Source: an uncultured Gemmataceae bacterium (lineage in GTDB: Bacteria > Planctomycetota > Planctomycetia > Gemmatales > Gemmataceae). Taken from it: a DNA stretch of 64,000 bases. The translations under genes were made by a program, and so were the position numbers. Below the pieces are notes generated by a model. The model was not told where the DNA came from and did no database searches. It was given only the letters and a program-made list of their open reading frames with translations. The stretch covers positions 800,001 to 864,000 of the forward strand of contig CAVVPN010000012.1 in assembly GCA_963750165.1 (NCBI GenBank), read 5' to 3'. Positions 46,630 to 56,762 of the stretch are shown piece by piece; positions within the stretch are counted from its first letter, which is position 1, and every line of letters begins with the position of its first letter.

Positions 46630-47910
46630 ATGTTGCAGGCCAACCAGAATGGCACGGGTGTGGTGAGCGAACTCGACGCCACGGCGACGGAAGGCCGAAC
46701 GGCGGTTCTGATTCGCTCGGAGGTGCCACCGCGGCCTATCCAGGAAGATCAGCAGGAGCGCCCGGAGACGCGCCCGGCCCTCGCCGTCTTCTGTTACGAG
46801 GATCCCGAAAGCGTGGTCGGTCGTTTTGTGACCCGGCTGGCCAGTGCGCTCACAAGACGCGACATCGCCGTTCACGTGTTCTCACGCCGGGACTTCGCCC
46901 TGGATGCCCTCGGTGTCGCCAGCCACGCGCTCGGCGGTGATGAAGGCGACGACCTGGTCAGCCCGGTGCAAGAGTTCGCTGGCCGCGCGTGCAATGCCTT
47001 CCTCAAACTGTTCCCCGGCGGCTGCGGCAATGTCACGCTGATGGGTCTGGAGTGGTCTGCCATCCCGGTGCTGGCGTTGCTTCAGGGGCTAAAAAACCTC
47101 AACGTCATCCTGTCGCTGCACTCCCTGGAGCGCCAGCGCAGCGATCTGACCAGCGACGTGAGTCAGCAAATCGAAGCGATCGAACAGGCCGGGTTGCGCG
47201 CGGCGAAGGCCATCCTGGTTCACGACCCGGTGACTGCCGCGGTCGCGCAGGCTGCCGTCCCGGAGTGCGCCGAGCGCCTGACCCCGGTGCGCGACATCTT
47301 CCCCGCGCACCTCTTCGAGACCCCGCTCGATCCCGGAGAGGTCAAGGCGCGTTACCAGATCGGTCCCATCGACCCCACGATTGTGTTCCTCGGCGACCTG
47401 AGCGAGCGGTACGGCCCCGACCTGCTTGTGAAGGCAATGCCGGGAATCCTCAAGAACCATCCGCAGGCACGGCTCGTCGTGGCCGGCGCGGGCGATCTCT
47501 ACTGGCCGTTGCGTGTCTACAGCCGTTACCTGCTGCTGGAGCACGCGGTTCGCCTGCCCGGCAGCGTGGAGGGGCAGGCCGCTTGCGAATTGCTGCAGGC
47601 CGCGGATGTTGTTGTCGTTCCCAGCCGCGAGTCAACGTCGTGGTGGCCGATCCAGGCCGCGTGGGCCGCCCGCCGTCCCGTGGTCGCCACGCACCCGCTG
47701 GCTCCGGGGCTCCTGGAACACGAAGGCGACGCGGTGCTGTGCTACCCGAGCGAGAACAGCCTCGTGTGGGGCGTTGAGCGCGTGCTGTTCGACGCCGAGC
47801 TGCGCCAGCGCCTCGGCGAGAAAGGCAGCCTGAAGCTGAACGACCAGTTCGGCTGGGGCCAGGTGGCCGCGCAGGTGGAAGCACTGATGAGCGCTGCAGT
47901 AATGCGCTAG
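46630..47910 (+). CDS. Degenerate GT4-like protein
   Basis: Paralog of 43574 (DPGEVKARYQIGPIDPTI, GPDLLV) but GDLSERYG and PSRESTSWWPIQA replace the catalytic motifs. Confidence 0.8.
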   Translation: MLQANQNGTGVVSELDATATEGRTAVLIRSEVPPRPIQEDQQERPETRPALAVFCYEDPESVVGRFVTRLASALTRRDIAVHVFSRRDFALDALGVASHALGGDEGDDLVSPVQEFAGRACNAFLKLFPGGCGNVTLMGLEWSAIPVLALLQGLKNLNVILSLHSLERQRSDLTSDVSQQIEAIEQAGLRAAKAILVHDPVTAAVAQAAVPECAERLTPVRDIFPAHLFETPLDPGEVKARYQIGPIDPTIVFLGDLSERYGPDLLVKAMPGILKNHPQARLVVAGAGDLYWPLRVYSRYLLLEHAVRLPGSVEGQAACELLQAADVVVVPSRESTSWWPIQAAWAARRPVVATHPLAPGLLEHEGDAVLCYPSENSLVWGVERVLFDAELRQRLGEKGSLKLNDQFGWGQVAAQVEALMSAAVMR

Positions 47911-47935
47911 GGCTTTTGGTTCACGAACGCCCCTC

Positions 47936-48124
47936 GTTGTGGCCTGGTCTCCTGACCAGGCCCCCTGTTGTGGCATGGTCTCCTGACCAGGCCCCCTGTT
48001 GTGGCATGGTCTCCTGACCAGGCCACTCCGCCGACCGAAGGTCTCCAGCAATCGCCCTGGTCCAGGGAGTGCGGGGAGACCTTCGGTCGAGCCCGGTGGC
48101 CTGGTCAGGAGACCATGCCACAAC
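47936..48124. repeat. MITE/REP-like element: three tandem 31-bp units plus an inverted arm
   Basis: GTTGTGGCMTGGTCTCCTGACCAGGCC at 47936, 47967 and 47998; inverted copy 48096-48124; inner IR 48032-48046 / 48075-48089. Confidence 0.85.
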
Positions 48125-48193
48125 GGGAGGGAGATGAGCGCTGCAGTGACGCTCTAGGGCTTTCTACCTGCCTCGTAGTTACGGAGAGCATTC

Positions 48194-49798
48194 ATGCCGA
48201 AAGGTTACCTGTTCCTGGTCCTGCACGCGCACCTGCCCTACGTCCGGCATCCGGAGTTCGACCGCTTCCTGGAGGAACGCTGGTTCTTCGAGGCCGTCAC
48301 CGAGACGTACATTCCGCTCATCAAGTTCTTCGACCGACTTCGGGACGAGCGCGTGCCGTTCAAGGTGACGCTGTCGATCTCGCCGACGCTGGCGAACATG
48401 ATGGAAGATCCCTTGCTGCGCGCGCGCTGCGTGCGGCACCTGGATCTGTCGATCGGACTCGCCGAGAAGGAATGCGACCGCACGCAGCACTGGCGCGATG
48501 TCAATTCGCTGTCCTGGATGTACAAGCGCCTGTTCGAGGAGGCGCGGCACACGTTTGTCGAGCGCTGTGGCACGCGGCTGATCTCGGCCTTCAAGGAATA
48601 CGCCGACTCGGGCAACCTCGAGCTAATCACCTGCGCCGGTACGCACGGCTACCTGCCGCTGCTCAGTTCGGAGCCGGTCGCGGTGCGCGCCCAGGTGTTG
48701 ACGGCCGTCCAGGAACACCAGCGCATCTTTGGGCAACAACCGAAGGGCATGTGGGTGCCCGAATGCGCGTTCTATCCGGGGCTGGACAACGTGCTCGCCG
48801 AGGCGGGCATTCGCTACTTTTTTGTCGATTCGCACGCCATTGACCATGCGGACCCGCGACCGCTGTTCGGCGTCGCCGCCCCGCTCTACTGTCCTTCCGG
48901 CGTGGCCGCCTTCGGCCGGCATCCGCTCACCTCCAAGCTCGTCTGGAGCAAGAGCGTCGGCTACCCGGCGGATTACAACTACCGCGAATACTATCGCGAC
49001 ATCGGCTTCGATCTCGACCAGCACTATCTGGAGCCGTTCCAGTACGCGCACGGCATTCGCACGCACACGGGCATCAAGTACCATCGCATCACCGGGCTGC
49101 CCGGCGACAAGCACCTGTACCATCCCGATTGGGCACGCGAGACTGCCGAGCGCCACGCCCACGATTTCGTTCGCCGTTGCCGCGCGCAGGCGAGCCGTGC
49201 CAGCAGCGACATGCCGTTCCCGTCCGTCGTGGTGTCGCCCTACGACGCCGAACTCTTTGGTCACTGGTGGTTTGAAGGTCCGCAATGGATCTATTACGTG
49301 CTGCGCGAGCTGGGCGGGGGTGGGGAACTGGAGGCGGGCACGCCCGGTGAATACCTCCGCGCGTTCCCCATTCAGCAGCAAGCGCTGCCGGCCGCCAGCA
49401 GCTGGGGCAAGAACGGCTACAGCGAGCACTGGATCAACGACAAGACCGAGTGGATGTGGCGTCCGCTGCACGAAGCCACGGCGCGGATGCGACAGGCCGT
49501 GGAGAGCCGCCCCGAGGTGTCGGCGGATAGCCTGGAGGACCGGGCGCTGCGTCAGGCCGGGCGGGAGTTGATGCTGGCCCAGGCGTCCGACTGGCCGTTC
49601 ATCATCAGTAACGGCACCACTGAGGAGTATGCCCGGCGCCGTTTCCACGACCATCTGCACCGTTTCCACGACCTGCTCAACGGCCTGGACAACCAGCACA
49701 TCGAGACCAGACGCCTGGAGGCCCTGGAATACATGGACGCCCTGTTCCCGGAACTGGACTATCGTCTGTTCGCGCCGGCGGGCGCGGCCGGTCCCTGA
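48194..49798 (+). CDS. GH57 1,4-alpha-glucan branching enzyme (DUF1957 type)
   Basis: LHAHLPYVRH; EAVTETYIPL; GMWVPECA; PYDAELFGHWWFEG; ELMLAQASDWPFI. Confidence 0.92.
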   Translation: MPKGYLFLVLHAHLPYVRHPEFDRFLEERWFFEAVTETYIPLIKFFDRLRDERVPFKVTLSISPTLANMMEDPLLRARCVRHLDLSIGLAEKECDRTQHWRDVNSLSWMYKRLFEEARHTFVERCGTRLISAFKEYADSGNLELITCAGTHGYLPLLSSEPVAVRAQVLTAVQEHQRIFGQQPKGMWVPECAFYPGLDNVLAEAGIRYFFVDSHAIDHADPRPLFGVAAPLYCPSGVAAFGRHPLTSKLVWSKSVGYPADYNYREYYRDIGFDLDQHYLEPFQYAHGIRTHTGIKYHRITGLPGDKHLYHPDWARETAERHAHDFVRRCRAQASRASSDMPFPSVVVSPYDAELFGHWWFEGPQWIYYVLRELGGGGELEAGTPGEYLRAFPIQQQALPAASSWGKNGYSEHWINDKTEWMWRPLHEATARMRQAVESRPEVSADSLEDRALRQAGRELMLAQASDWPFIISNGTTEEYARRRFHDHLHRFHDLLNGLDNQHIETRRLEALEYMDALFPELDYRLFAPAGAAGP

Positions 49799-49840
49799 AG
49801 CATCGAACCCGGCGCTCAACTCGAACGGGAGGCACTGGCG

Positions 49841-50050
49841 ATGTTGTGTTGGTTTTGCGAGCAAGAAGCGCGGGGCAGCTGCGCCGCTTGTGGCCGGGGC
49901 CTGTGCCACAAACACGCCAACATCCACGATGAGTTGACGCTGGTCAAGTCCGATACCAGCACGGGATACGCGACGTACCTCAATGTTTACGGAGCGCTCA
50001 AGTGTGTCGAGTGTCGGCTCGAGTGGAAATCATTTACCCCGCAAGCATGA
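49841..50050 (+). CDS. Small Cys/His-rich zinc-finger-like protein
   Basis: CWFC…CAACGRGLCHKH…CVEC; GGGAGG RBS. Confidence 0.7.
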   Translation: MLCWFCEQEARGSCAACGRGLCHKHANIHDELTLVKSDTSTGYATYLNVYGALKCVECRLEWKSFTPQA

Positions 50051-50148
50051 GAGGCCAATAACCCTGCGAATCCGCACTGCGAAGCCAGGGCCATCGTTTG
50101 TCCTTGCTTCGCGTTGCGGTCGCGCGGTTTTTTTCGGAGAAATACTGC

Positions 50149-51600
50149 ATGAACATGTCTTCCTTGCCCGAAATTATTGATGGCCTGCCGAACATCAGTG
50201 GCGCTGAGGCTCAGGTTGAGGAAATCACCCGCCGGCAACAACCCGTCTATTTGCCGGACACGAACCTGCAACTGGGCCGTCTCCAGGCGGTCTTCGCCAT
50301 CGCGTTGCACATGCACCAGCCGCTCATCCCCGCGGGGGGCGGCGATTTGCGGTCGGCGGACGTTATCAGCAATCTCGACCACATGATGCGCTCCGGTGAC
50401 GAGTACAACGCTTCGGTTTTTGCCGACTGCTACGGCCGGATGGGCGACATCATTCCCGAACTGGTCCGCGCCGGCCGGAATCCGCGCGTGATGCTCGATT
50501 ACTCCGGCGAGCTGTTCTACGGACTGCGCAAGATGGGTCGCGGCGATGTGCTCGAACGGTTGCGCGCCATCACCTGCGATCAGCACCTGCGGCGGTATGT
50601 CGAATGGCTTGGGACCATGTGGGGGCACGCCGTCGCCTCGTCCACACCGTTGCCGGACCTGAAACTGCACATGCGGGCCTGGCAGCAGAACTTTGCCGCC
50701 GTCTACGGCTGGGAGGCGCTGAGTCGAGTACGCGGCTTCTCACCGCCGGAAATGCACATGCCCAACCACCCGGACGCCGCTTTCGAATACGTCAAAGCGC
50801 TGAAGGAGTGCGGCTACCGCTGGCTGCTGGTACAGGAACACACGGTCGAAACCCTGGAGGGACGCGGACTGGGCTACAAACATGTGCCGCATCGGCTCAT
50901 CGCTCGCAATTCCTGCGGCGAGGAAGTGAACATCGTCGCCATCATCAAGACGCAGGGATCGGACACCAAGCTGGTGGCACAAATGCAGCCTTTCTATGAG
51001 GCACAGGGTTTGCAACGTCGAGAGGTCGGCGGCATCAGCATTCCGCCCCTGGTGACGCAGATCGGCGATGGCGAGAACGGCGGTGTGATGATGAACGAGT
51101 TCCCCTCCGGTTACCGCCAGGCGATTGGCCGCTTCGGTACGGAGGGGGTCGTCAACGTGAACGTGACGGAATACCTGGAGATGATCGAGCAAGCCGGTAT
51201 CCGTGAGCCCATGCTGCCGGGCTGCCGGCCGATCAACCAGGGCCAGGTGTTTGCACGCATCAGCAAGTGGGAGCCGGGCGCCGCGGACAAAGCCATTGCC
51301 AGCATCAAGCGCGAGCACTCGAACTTCTCAATGGACGGCGGTTCCTGGACGAACAACATCAGCTGGGTGGCCGGCTACGACAACATTCTGACACCGATGA
51401 ACAAGCTCAGCGCCCACTTTCATCAGATTCTGGACTCGCGCCCCGTGGACCGAAACAGCCGGGCCTATCGCAATGCCCTCTTTTACCTGTTGATGGCGGA
51501 GACGAGTTGCTTCCGCTACTGGGGGCAGGGAGTGTGGACGGACTACGGTCAGGAACTCTGCCGTCGTGGGGCGGAGATTCTGGCGCATGATTTTCACTGA
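50149..51600 (+). CDS. GH57-family glycoside hydrolase (second type)
   Basis: ALHMHQP; LDYSG; WLGTMWGH; GFSPPEM; IGDGENGG; ETSCFRYWG. Confidence 0.8.
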   Translation: MNMSSLPEIIDGLPNISGAEAQVEEITRRQQPVYLPDTNLQLGRLQAVFAIALHMHQPLIPAGGGDLRSADVISNLDHMMRSGDEYNASVFADCYGRMGDIIPELVRAGRNPRVMLDYSGELFYGLRKMGRGDVLERLRAITCDQHLRRYVEWLGTMWGHAVASSTPLPDLKLHMRAWQQNFAAVYGWEALSRVRGFSPPEMHMPNHPDAAFEYVKALKECGYRWLLVQEHTVETLEGRGLGYKHVPHRLIARNSCGEEVNIVAIIKTQGSDTKLVAQMQPFYEAQGLQRREVGGISIPPLVTQIGDGENGGVMMNEFPSGYRQAIGRFGTEGVVNVNVTEYLEMIEQAGIREPMLPGCRPINQGQVFARISKWEPGAADKAIASIKREHSNFSMDGGSWTNNISWVAGYDNILTPMNKLSAHFHQILDSRPVDRNSRAYRNALFYLLMAETSCFRYWGQGVWTDYGQELCRRGAEILAHDFH

Positions 51601-51673
51601 CCCAATTTGATCGGAGCCATCGATGATCCTGCGTGGGGCGCCGAATGTGGAGCAAACGAGGTCTCAGTTAACG

Positions 51674-53791
51674 ATGAGTGCCAGGAATGTCGTCCCGCGA
51701 ACCACGTTCACGACCGCGCGTGGCCATTGCCTGCCCTTCGGCGCCACCCCGCGGCCCGGCGGCGTCAACTTCGCCGTGTTTTCCCGGCATGCGCAGCGCG
51801 TCCATCTGGTATTGTTCAAGGAAGGACAGGAAGAACCGATCATCGAGATCCCGCTGGATGCAACCCACAACCGCACGGGTGATGTCTGGCACATCTTCGT
51901 CCATGACGTGACCCCGGATTTGCTGTACGGTTATCGCATCGCGGGGCCGTCTGTGCCGCGGGCCGGCCACCGCTTCGATCACAACGCCATCGTGTTGGAC
52001 CCTTACGCTCGGGCGATCAGCGGCGGCCAGCGCTGGGGTTTCCCCGACATTCCCCACATCCTCACGCTGCCCTCTGCCAATGGGGTCGGGGAAAACGGCA
52101 AGGTGAAGGGAAACGGCAGTCGTCTGTCGCGGCGCGGGCGCCTGGTCATCGATGAGTTCGACTGGGAAGATGATGTACCCCCGGCCACGCCGCTGGGGCA
52201 GACTGTTCTGTATGAGTTACATGTACGCGGCTACACCCGGCACCCATCGTCCGGCGTCGCGCATCCGGGCACGTTCCTGGGTCTTTGTGAGAAGATCCCG
52301 CACTTGAAGGCGCTCGGGATCACTGCCGTTCAATTCATGCCGGTTCTTGAATTTGACGAACTGGACCTGGAACGTAAGAACCCGCTCACTGGCGAAATGC
52401 TCAAAAACTACTGGGGCTACTCGCCGCTCTCGTTCTTTGCTCCAAAAGCGTCCTATGCCGCGCAGCCGGGCCAGCAGGTGCGCGAGTTCAAGGAGATGGT
52501 CAAGGCCTTCCACCGCGCCGGCATCGAGGTCATCCTCGACGTGGTGTACAATCACACGTGCGAGGGAAACGAGAAGGGGCCCATCATCAATTTCCGGGGC
52601 CTTGACAACGCGATCTACTACATGCTCGACGGCGAGGGGCGCTACTACAACTTCTCCGGCTGCGGTAACACGCTGAACTGCAACCATCCCGTGGTTCGCG
52701 ATCTCATCATCGACAGCCTATCTTACCTGGTCTCCGAGTTGCACGTCGATGGTTTTCGGTTTGATCTGGCAACGATCCTCGGCCGCGGTCCCAACGGCAA
52801 GGTGCTGGAAGACCCGCCGCTGATTCAGCATATCGCCGAACATCCCGTGCTGGCAGGCACCAAATTGATCGCCGAGGCCTGGGACGCCGCCGGCGTTTCG
52901 CAACTCGGCAAATTCCCCGCGTGGGGCCGCTGGGCGGAGTTGAATGGTTGGTTCCGTGACGATGTGCGCCATTTCCTGCGCAGCGACCCTGGGGCCGCGG
53001 CGGCAGTCGCCAAACGCATCTGCGGCAGCCTGGACCTGTACGGCGATTCCTCACGCCATCCGTATCATTCCGTCAACTTCATCACCAGCCATGACGGCTT
53101 CACCCTGTACGACCTCGTTAGTTATAACGACAAACACAACATCGCCAACGGCGAAAACAACCGCGACGGCTGGAGCGAAAGCATCAGCTATAACTGTGGC
53201 CACGAAGGCCCAACAGAAGTTCCCGCCATCGTCGCCCTTCGGCAGCGGCAGATGAAGAACTTCCTCACGATGCTGTTCATCTCCCAGGGTGTGCCGTTCC
53301 TCGCCCAGGGAGATGAGTTCGGCCGCACGCAGAAGGGCAATAACAACGCCTACTGCCAGGACAACGACATCTCCTGGGTGGACTGGAGTCTGGCGCAAAA
53401 GAACGCCGGACTGCTGCGCTTCACGCGGATGATGATTGCCTTGCGGAAGCGCCATTTCGCCCTGAGTCGAGAGCAGTTCATCAACCGCGTCACCTGGCAT
53501 GGCACGCAACCCGGCGATCCGGACTGGTCCGGGCAGAGCCGCACGCTGGCGTTCCATCTCCGTGGCTGGCACCGGCAGCCGCACTTCTATGTCCTTTTCA
53601 ACGCTCACTGGGAGTGGCGTAAGTTCGTGCTGCCCCCGCACGACGGCCAATGGCGCTGGCAACGCCTGGTAGACACGAATCTGCCTGAGTCGGAGGACAT
53701 CGTCGAGGACAAAGACGCGGTTCTGCTGCGCCCCGCGGACCACTACGTCACAGCGCCGCGCTCCGCCGTCATTCTGATCGCTCATAGTTGA
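51674..53791 (+). CDS. glgX: Glycogen debranching enzyme / isoamylase (GH13)
   Basis: GVNFAVFS; YELHVRG; NYWGYSP; DVVYNHT; DGFRFDLA; IAEAWD; NFITSHDGFTL; GNNNAYCQDN (alternative start 51623). Confidence 0.95.
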   Translation: MSARNVVPRTTFTTARGHCLPFGATPRPGGVNFAVFSRHAQRVHLVLFKEGQEEPIIEIPLDATHNRTGDVWHIFVHDVTPDLLYGYRIAGPSVPRAGHRFDHNAIVLDPYARAISGGQRWGFPDIPHILTLPSANGVGENGKVKGNGSRLSRRGRLVIDEFDWEDDVPPATPLGQTVLYELHVRGYTRHPSSGVAHPGTFLGLCEKIPHLKALGITAVQFMPVLEFDELDLERKNPLTGEMLKNYWGYSPLSFFAPKASYAAQPGQQVREFKEMVKAFHRAGIEVILDVVYNHTCEGNEKGPIINFRGLDNAIYYMLDGEGRYYNFSGCGNTLNCNHPVVRDLIIDSLSYLVSELHVDGFRFDLATILGRGPNGKVLEDPPLIQHIAEHPVLAGTKLIAEAWDAAGVSQLGKFPAWGRWAELNGWFRDDVRHFLRSDPGAAAAVAKRICGSLDLYGDSSRHPYHSVNFITSHDGFTLYDLVSYNDKHNIANGENNRDGWSESISYNCGHEGPTEVPAIVALRQRQMKNFLTMLFISQGVPFLAQGDEFGRTQKGNNNAYCQDNDISWVDWSLAQKNAGLLRFTRMMIALRKRHFALSREQFINRVTWHGTQPGDPDWSGQSRTLAFHLRGWHRQPHFYVLFNAHWEWRKFVLPPHDGQWRWQRLVDTNLPESEDIVEDKDAVLLRPADHYVTAPRSAVILIAHS

Positions 53792-53876
53792 TCAGATGAT
53801 GGGTCGTTCCGTCTTCACTCGCCGCCGCCAATCTTCGTGTTGACATGGCTATTACCCCGGCCAGCAATAAGCTCAA

Positions 53877-54067
53877 GTAGGACGGCTCTCCAGAGCCGTC
53901 TTTTGCAGGGGCATGGCGTATCGCTTGCCCGGTCATTGGTTGGCCTTACTCGGCTACACCCCCTTCTCCAGGAATTAGAGCAGTTCCCAGTCGCGTGAAC
54001 CACCAACCGTGGCACGGCTCTCCCGAGCCGTGATGGCAACCGCACGGCTCGGGAGAGCCGTGCCACG
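53877..54067. repeat. REP-like palindromes
   Basis: GTAGGACGGCTCTCCAGAGCCGTC (53877-53900, same family as 41770) and hairpin CGTGGCACGGCTCTCCCGAGCCGTG / CACGGCTCGGGAGAGCCGTGCCACG (54008-54067). Confidence 0.8.
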
Positions 54068-54146
54068 CCTTGTGCGCCTGCCCTGCGTGAACCGCTCCAG
54101 AGCAGTTTGCCGTCGCAAGAACCACGAACCGCAGGCCAGCGCTGCC

Positions 54147-54372
54147 AGGGCGCCAAATCTCGACGTGTGAAAAAGTTGGCGTCCTTGGCGTCCTTGGCGT
54201 TCTTGCTGTGGCAACCGCCGCCGCTGGTGGTCGCGCCGTGCCAGCCGTGCAGGGCAAGGGCGCCAATTCTCGACGTATGAAAAAGCTGGCCCCCTTGGCC
54301 CCCTTGGCCCCCTTGCTGCGACAGCGCAGGCCGCTGGTGGTCAAGCCGTGTCCGCCGTCCCACCCGTGCGCG
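54147..54372. repeat. Dispersed intergenic element, tandem copies C and D (110-bp period)
   Basis: AGGGCGCCAA-n-TCTCGACGT[G/A]TGAAAAAG plus three 9-bp units, at 54147 and 54257. Confidence 0.85.
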
Positions 54373-54674
54373 CTCCGCCTGCGCACCGCGCTAAGGTCCA
54401 GGAGGAGCCCGTTATTTCAGGAACCGACTCAAGAATCAAGGCGGATCGTGGTGCCTCCTGGCGAATCGGCAAGCGCTGCGAGCGGGTGAAGGGCAAACTT
54501 GAAGCTTTTCGGCTCCTTTCGCAATTTTTTTCAAGATCAGAGCCGTTACGACCGATACTGTTTAACACTCTCTTTCGTCATGGCACTGGTAGTGGTGGAA
54601 GCTCGATCCGTACCAACCCGTGGCCGTTGTGGTACACCCGCCGTGTGGACGGCAAGTTCCAGAAGGGGGCTTCC

Positions 54675-56702
54675 ATGAAGCGCCTGTACGTGCCAATGGC
54701 CCTACTCGGAATCTGGGCGCTGAGTGGCTGCCACTCGCCGGTCCAGCAGAGCGTCGATGCGCTGCTCTGCGACCGGGCCGGGCAACCCATCGACCTGGGC
54801 CCGCCGGCCGCGCTCCCACCGGCCGCGACTCCGCCGACCAGCCCGCTGGGCCAGGCGGCCGCCCCCCTCCTGGGCGACGGCGGCGGGGAGATTCAACTCG
54901 TGTCCGCCCAGAAGGGGCAGGGAAAGCCTGCCACTACCCTGGAAAAACGACTGCTCGAGGCCGGCAAGGACGTCCCCGGCGCGACCGTCCCGCCGATCCG
55001 GTTGCCCCCACTCGACGAGAAAACCCAACTGGACGCGGCAGTCAAAAAATACTTCCCGCCGTTGGCGGAGGCAGGCAAGGAATTCCAGCCGCCGCCGGGA
55101 CCGGACGGCCGACCGCTCACGCTCGCGGACCTGCAGAAAATGGCCGTCGCCAACAGCCCGCAACTCCGCCAGGCGGCCGCCGCCATCGAGCGGGACAAGG
55201 GGGCGGTTGTGCTCGCGGGGCAGTACCCCAACCCGTCGATCGGCCCCGGGGCCTCCTCGTCACCCGGCCCCAGCGGCGGCCCACTGTACGGCGTCATCCT
55301 GGGTCAGACGATCATGGGCTTCGGCAAACTCAAGGCTGCCGAGGCGGCCGCCGTCGCGAACCTGGAACAGACCAAGCTGGCTTACCGCCGCGCCGAAACC
55401 GACCTGATGGCGGCTGTCCGCACCGGCTACTTCGCCGTCCTGGTGGCCCAGGAAAACGTCCGGGCCAACCGGGCCCTGGTGGACCTGACCGACGAGGTGT
55501 ACAAGGTCATGGTCGCCCAGCTCAAGGGAGGAGAGGTCGCCACCTACGAGCCGATGCAGATGGGCGTGTTCGCCATCCAGGCCCGGGCCGGCCTCATCAC
55601 CGCCCGGAACAGTTACACGCTGGCCTGGAAACAGCTGGCCAGCAGCATGGGCCTGCCGGGCATGCCGCCGACCCAGCTGGAGGGCCGCATCGACATGCCC
55701 CTGCCGCTGTACCACTACGACAGCGTCCTGGCCCAGGTCCTGACCAACCACACCGACGTGGGAATCGCCAATCTGGGCGTCGCCGTCGCCCGCTACAACC
55801 TGCGCCTGGCCGAACTGCAGCCGTACCCGGACTACACCGTTTCGGCCAACATCATCCACGACAACACGCCGACGTTGGCCACGGGCCTGTCGAGCTTCGG
55901 CGGATCGGCCCTGCACTGGCGGGTGATCACCAGCGGCGTGCAGGTGACCTTCCCCATCCCGGTGTGGAACCAGGGCCGCGGCGGCATCTGGCAAGCCCAG
56001 GGGGCGTTGATGCAGGCCGTCGAGGAACCGCACCGCGTCCGCAACGAACTGAGCGCCCGCGTCGCCGACGCCTTCCGCCGGTACAACGAGAACCGCTCCC
56101 TGGTCGAGTTGTACGTCAAGGAGGCCCTGCCGAAACAGGTGCAGGCGTTCCGGGCCGCCGTCAAGCGCCACTACGGCGCGGAGCCCGACAAGGTGGCCTA
56201 CAACGACCTCATCAGCTCGGAGCAGAACCTCGTCTCGGTCGTGGGCAGTTACCTTACCTTGCTCAGTCTGCAGTGGCAGGCTGTCGTGGACGTGAGCAGC
56301 CTGCTGCAGACCGACGACCTGTTCGCGGGGACGGAGCGCCTTCCGGTCGCCTCGGTCGCCGACCTGCACGAGCTGCTGAAGCTGCCGTGCTGCCACCCGT
56401 GCAGCACCCCGCAGGCGCAGTCCCTCCGGGGGGCGCAGCTTGTTTGGCCGGAGGCGGGCCTGGTCCCGGAGCCGGAGAAAAAACCGCTGCCCCCGCCGCA
56501 AACCATGCAAGCGCCGCAGGCCCCGCCGCAAATCAAGCAACCGCCGCAGGCCCCGCCGCCAGCCGAGAAACCGGGGCCTGATCAGCTGTCGTTCCCCAGG
56601 TACACCGTGCCGTCCCAGCTCCGCCCCGTCGTGTTGAGCGCCCCGCCGTCCCTGATGCAACAGCCGCCGCCGGTCGCCACGCCGGCCGCGCTGCGGGACT
56701 GA
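54675..56702 (+). CDS. TolC/CzcC-like outer membrane efflux lipoprotein with Pro-rich termini
   Basis: Lipobox LSGC; LTLADLQKMAVANSP; GQYPNP; FPIPVWNQ. Confidence 0.85.
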   Translation: MKRLYVPMALLGIWALSGCHSPVQQSVDALLCDRAGQPIDLGPPAALPPAATPPTSPLGQAAAPLLGDGGGEIQLVSAQKGQGKPATTLEKRLLEAGKDVPGATVPPIRLPPLDEKTQLDAAVKKYFPPLAEAGKEFQPPPGPDGRPLTLADLQKMAVANSPQLRQAAAAIERDKGAVVLAGQYPNPSIGPGASSSPGPSGGPLYGVILGQTIMGFGKLKAAEAAAVANLEQTKLAYRRAETDLMAAVRTGYFAVLVAQENVRANRALVDLTDEVYKVMVAQLKGGEVATYEPMQMGVFAIQARAGLITARNSYTLAWKQLASSMGLPGMPPTQLEGRIDMPLPLYHYDSVLAQVLTNHTDVGIANLGVAVARYNLRLAELQPYPDYTVSANIIHDNTPTLATGLSSFGGSALHWRVITSGVQVTFPIPVWNQGRGGIWQAQGALMQAVEEPHRVRNELSARVADAFRRYNENRSLVELYVKEALPKQVQAFRAAVKRHYGAEPDKVAYNDLISSEQNLVSVVGSYLTLLSLQWQAVVDVSSLLQTDDLFAGTERLPVASVADLHELLKLPCCHPCSTPQAQSLRGAQLVWPEAGLVPEPEKKPLPPPQTMQAPQAPPQIKQPPQAPPPAEKPGPDQLSFPRYTVPSQLRPVVLSAPPSLMQQPPPVATPAALRD

Positions 56703-56762
56703 ACGGGTGTGGATGGGAATGGACAAGATCTCACGCTTCCAGTGTGAAAAGGAATTCCAGAA

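Noticed and set aside
47936..48030. 31-bp direct repeats resembling a CRISPR array
   Set aside because: Units are head-to-tail with no unique spacers, an inverted copy follows, and no cas genes are present.
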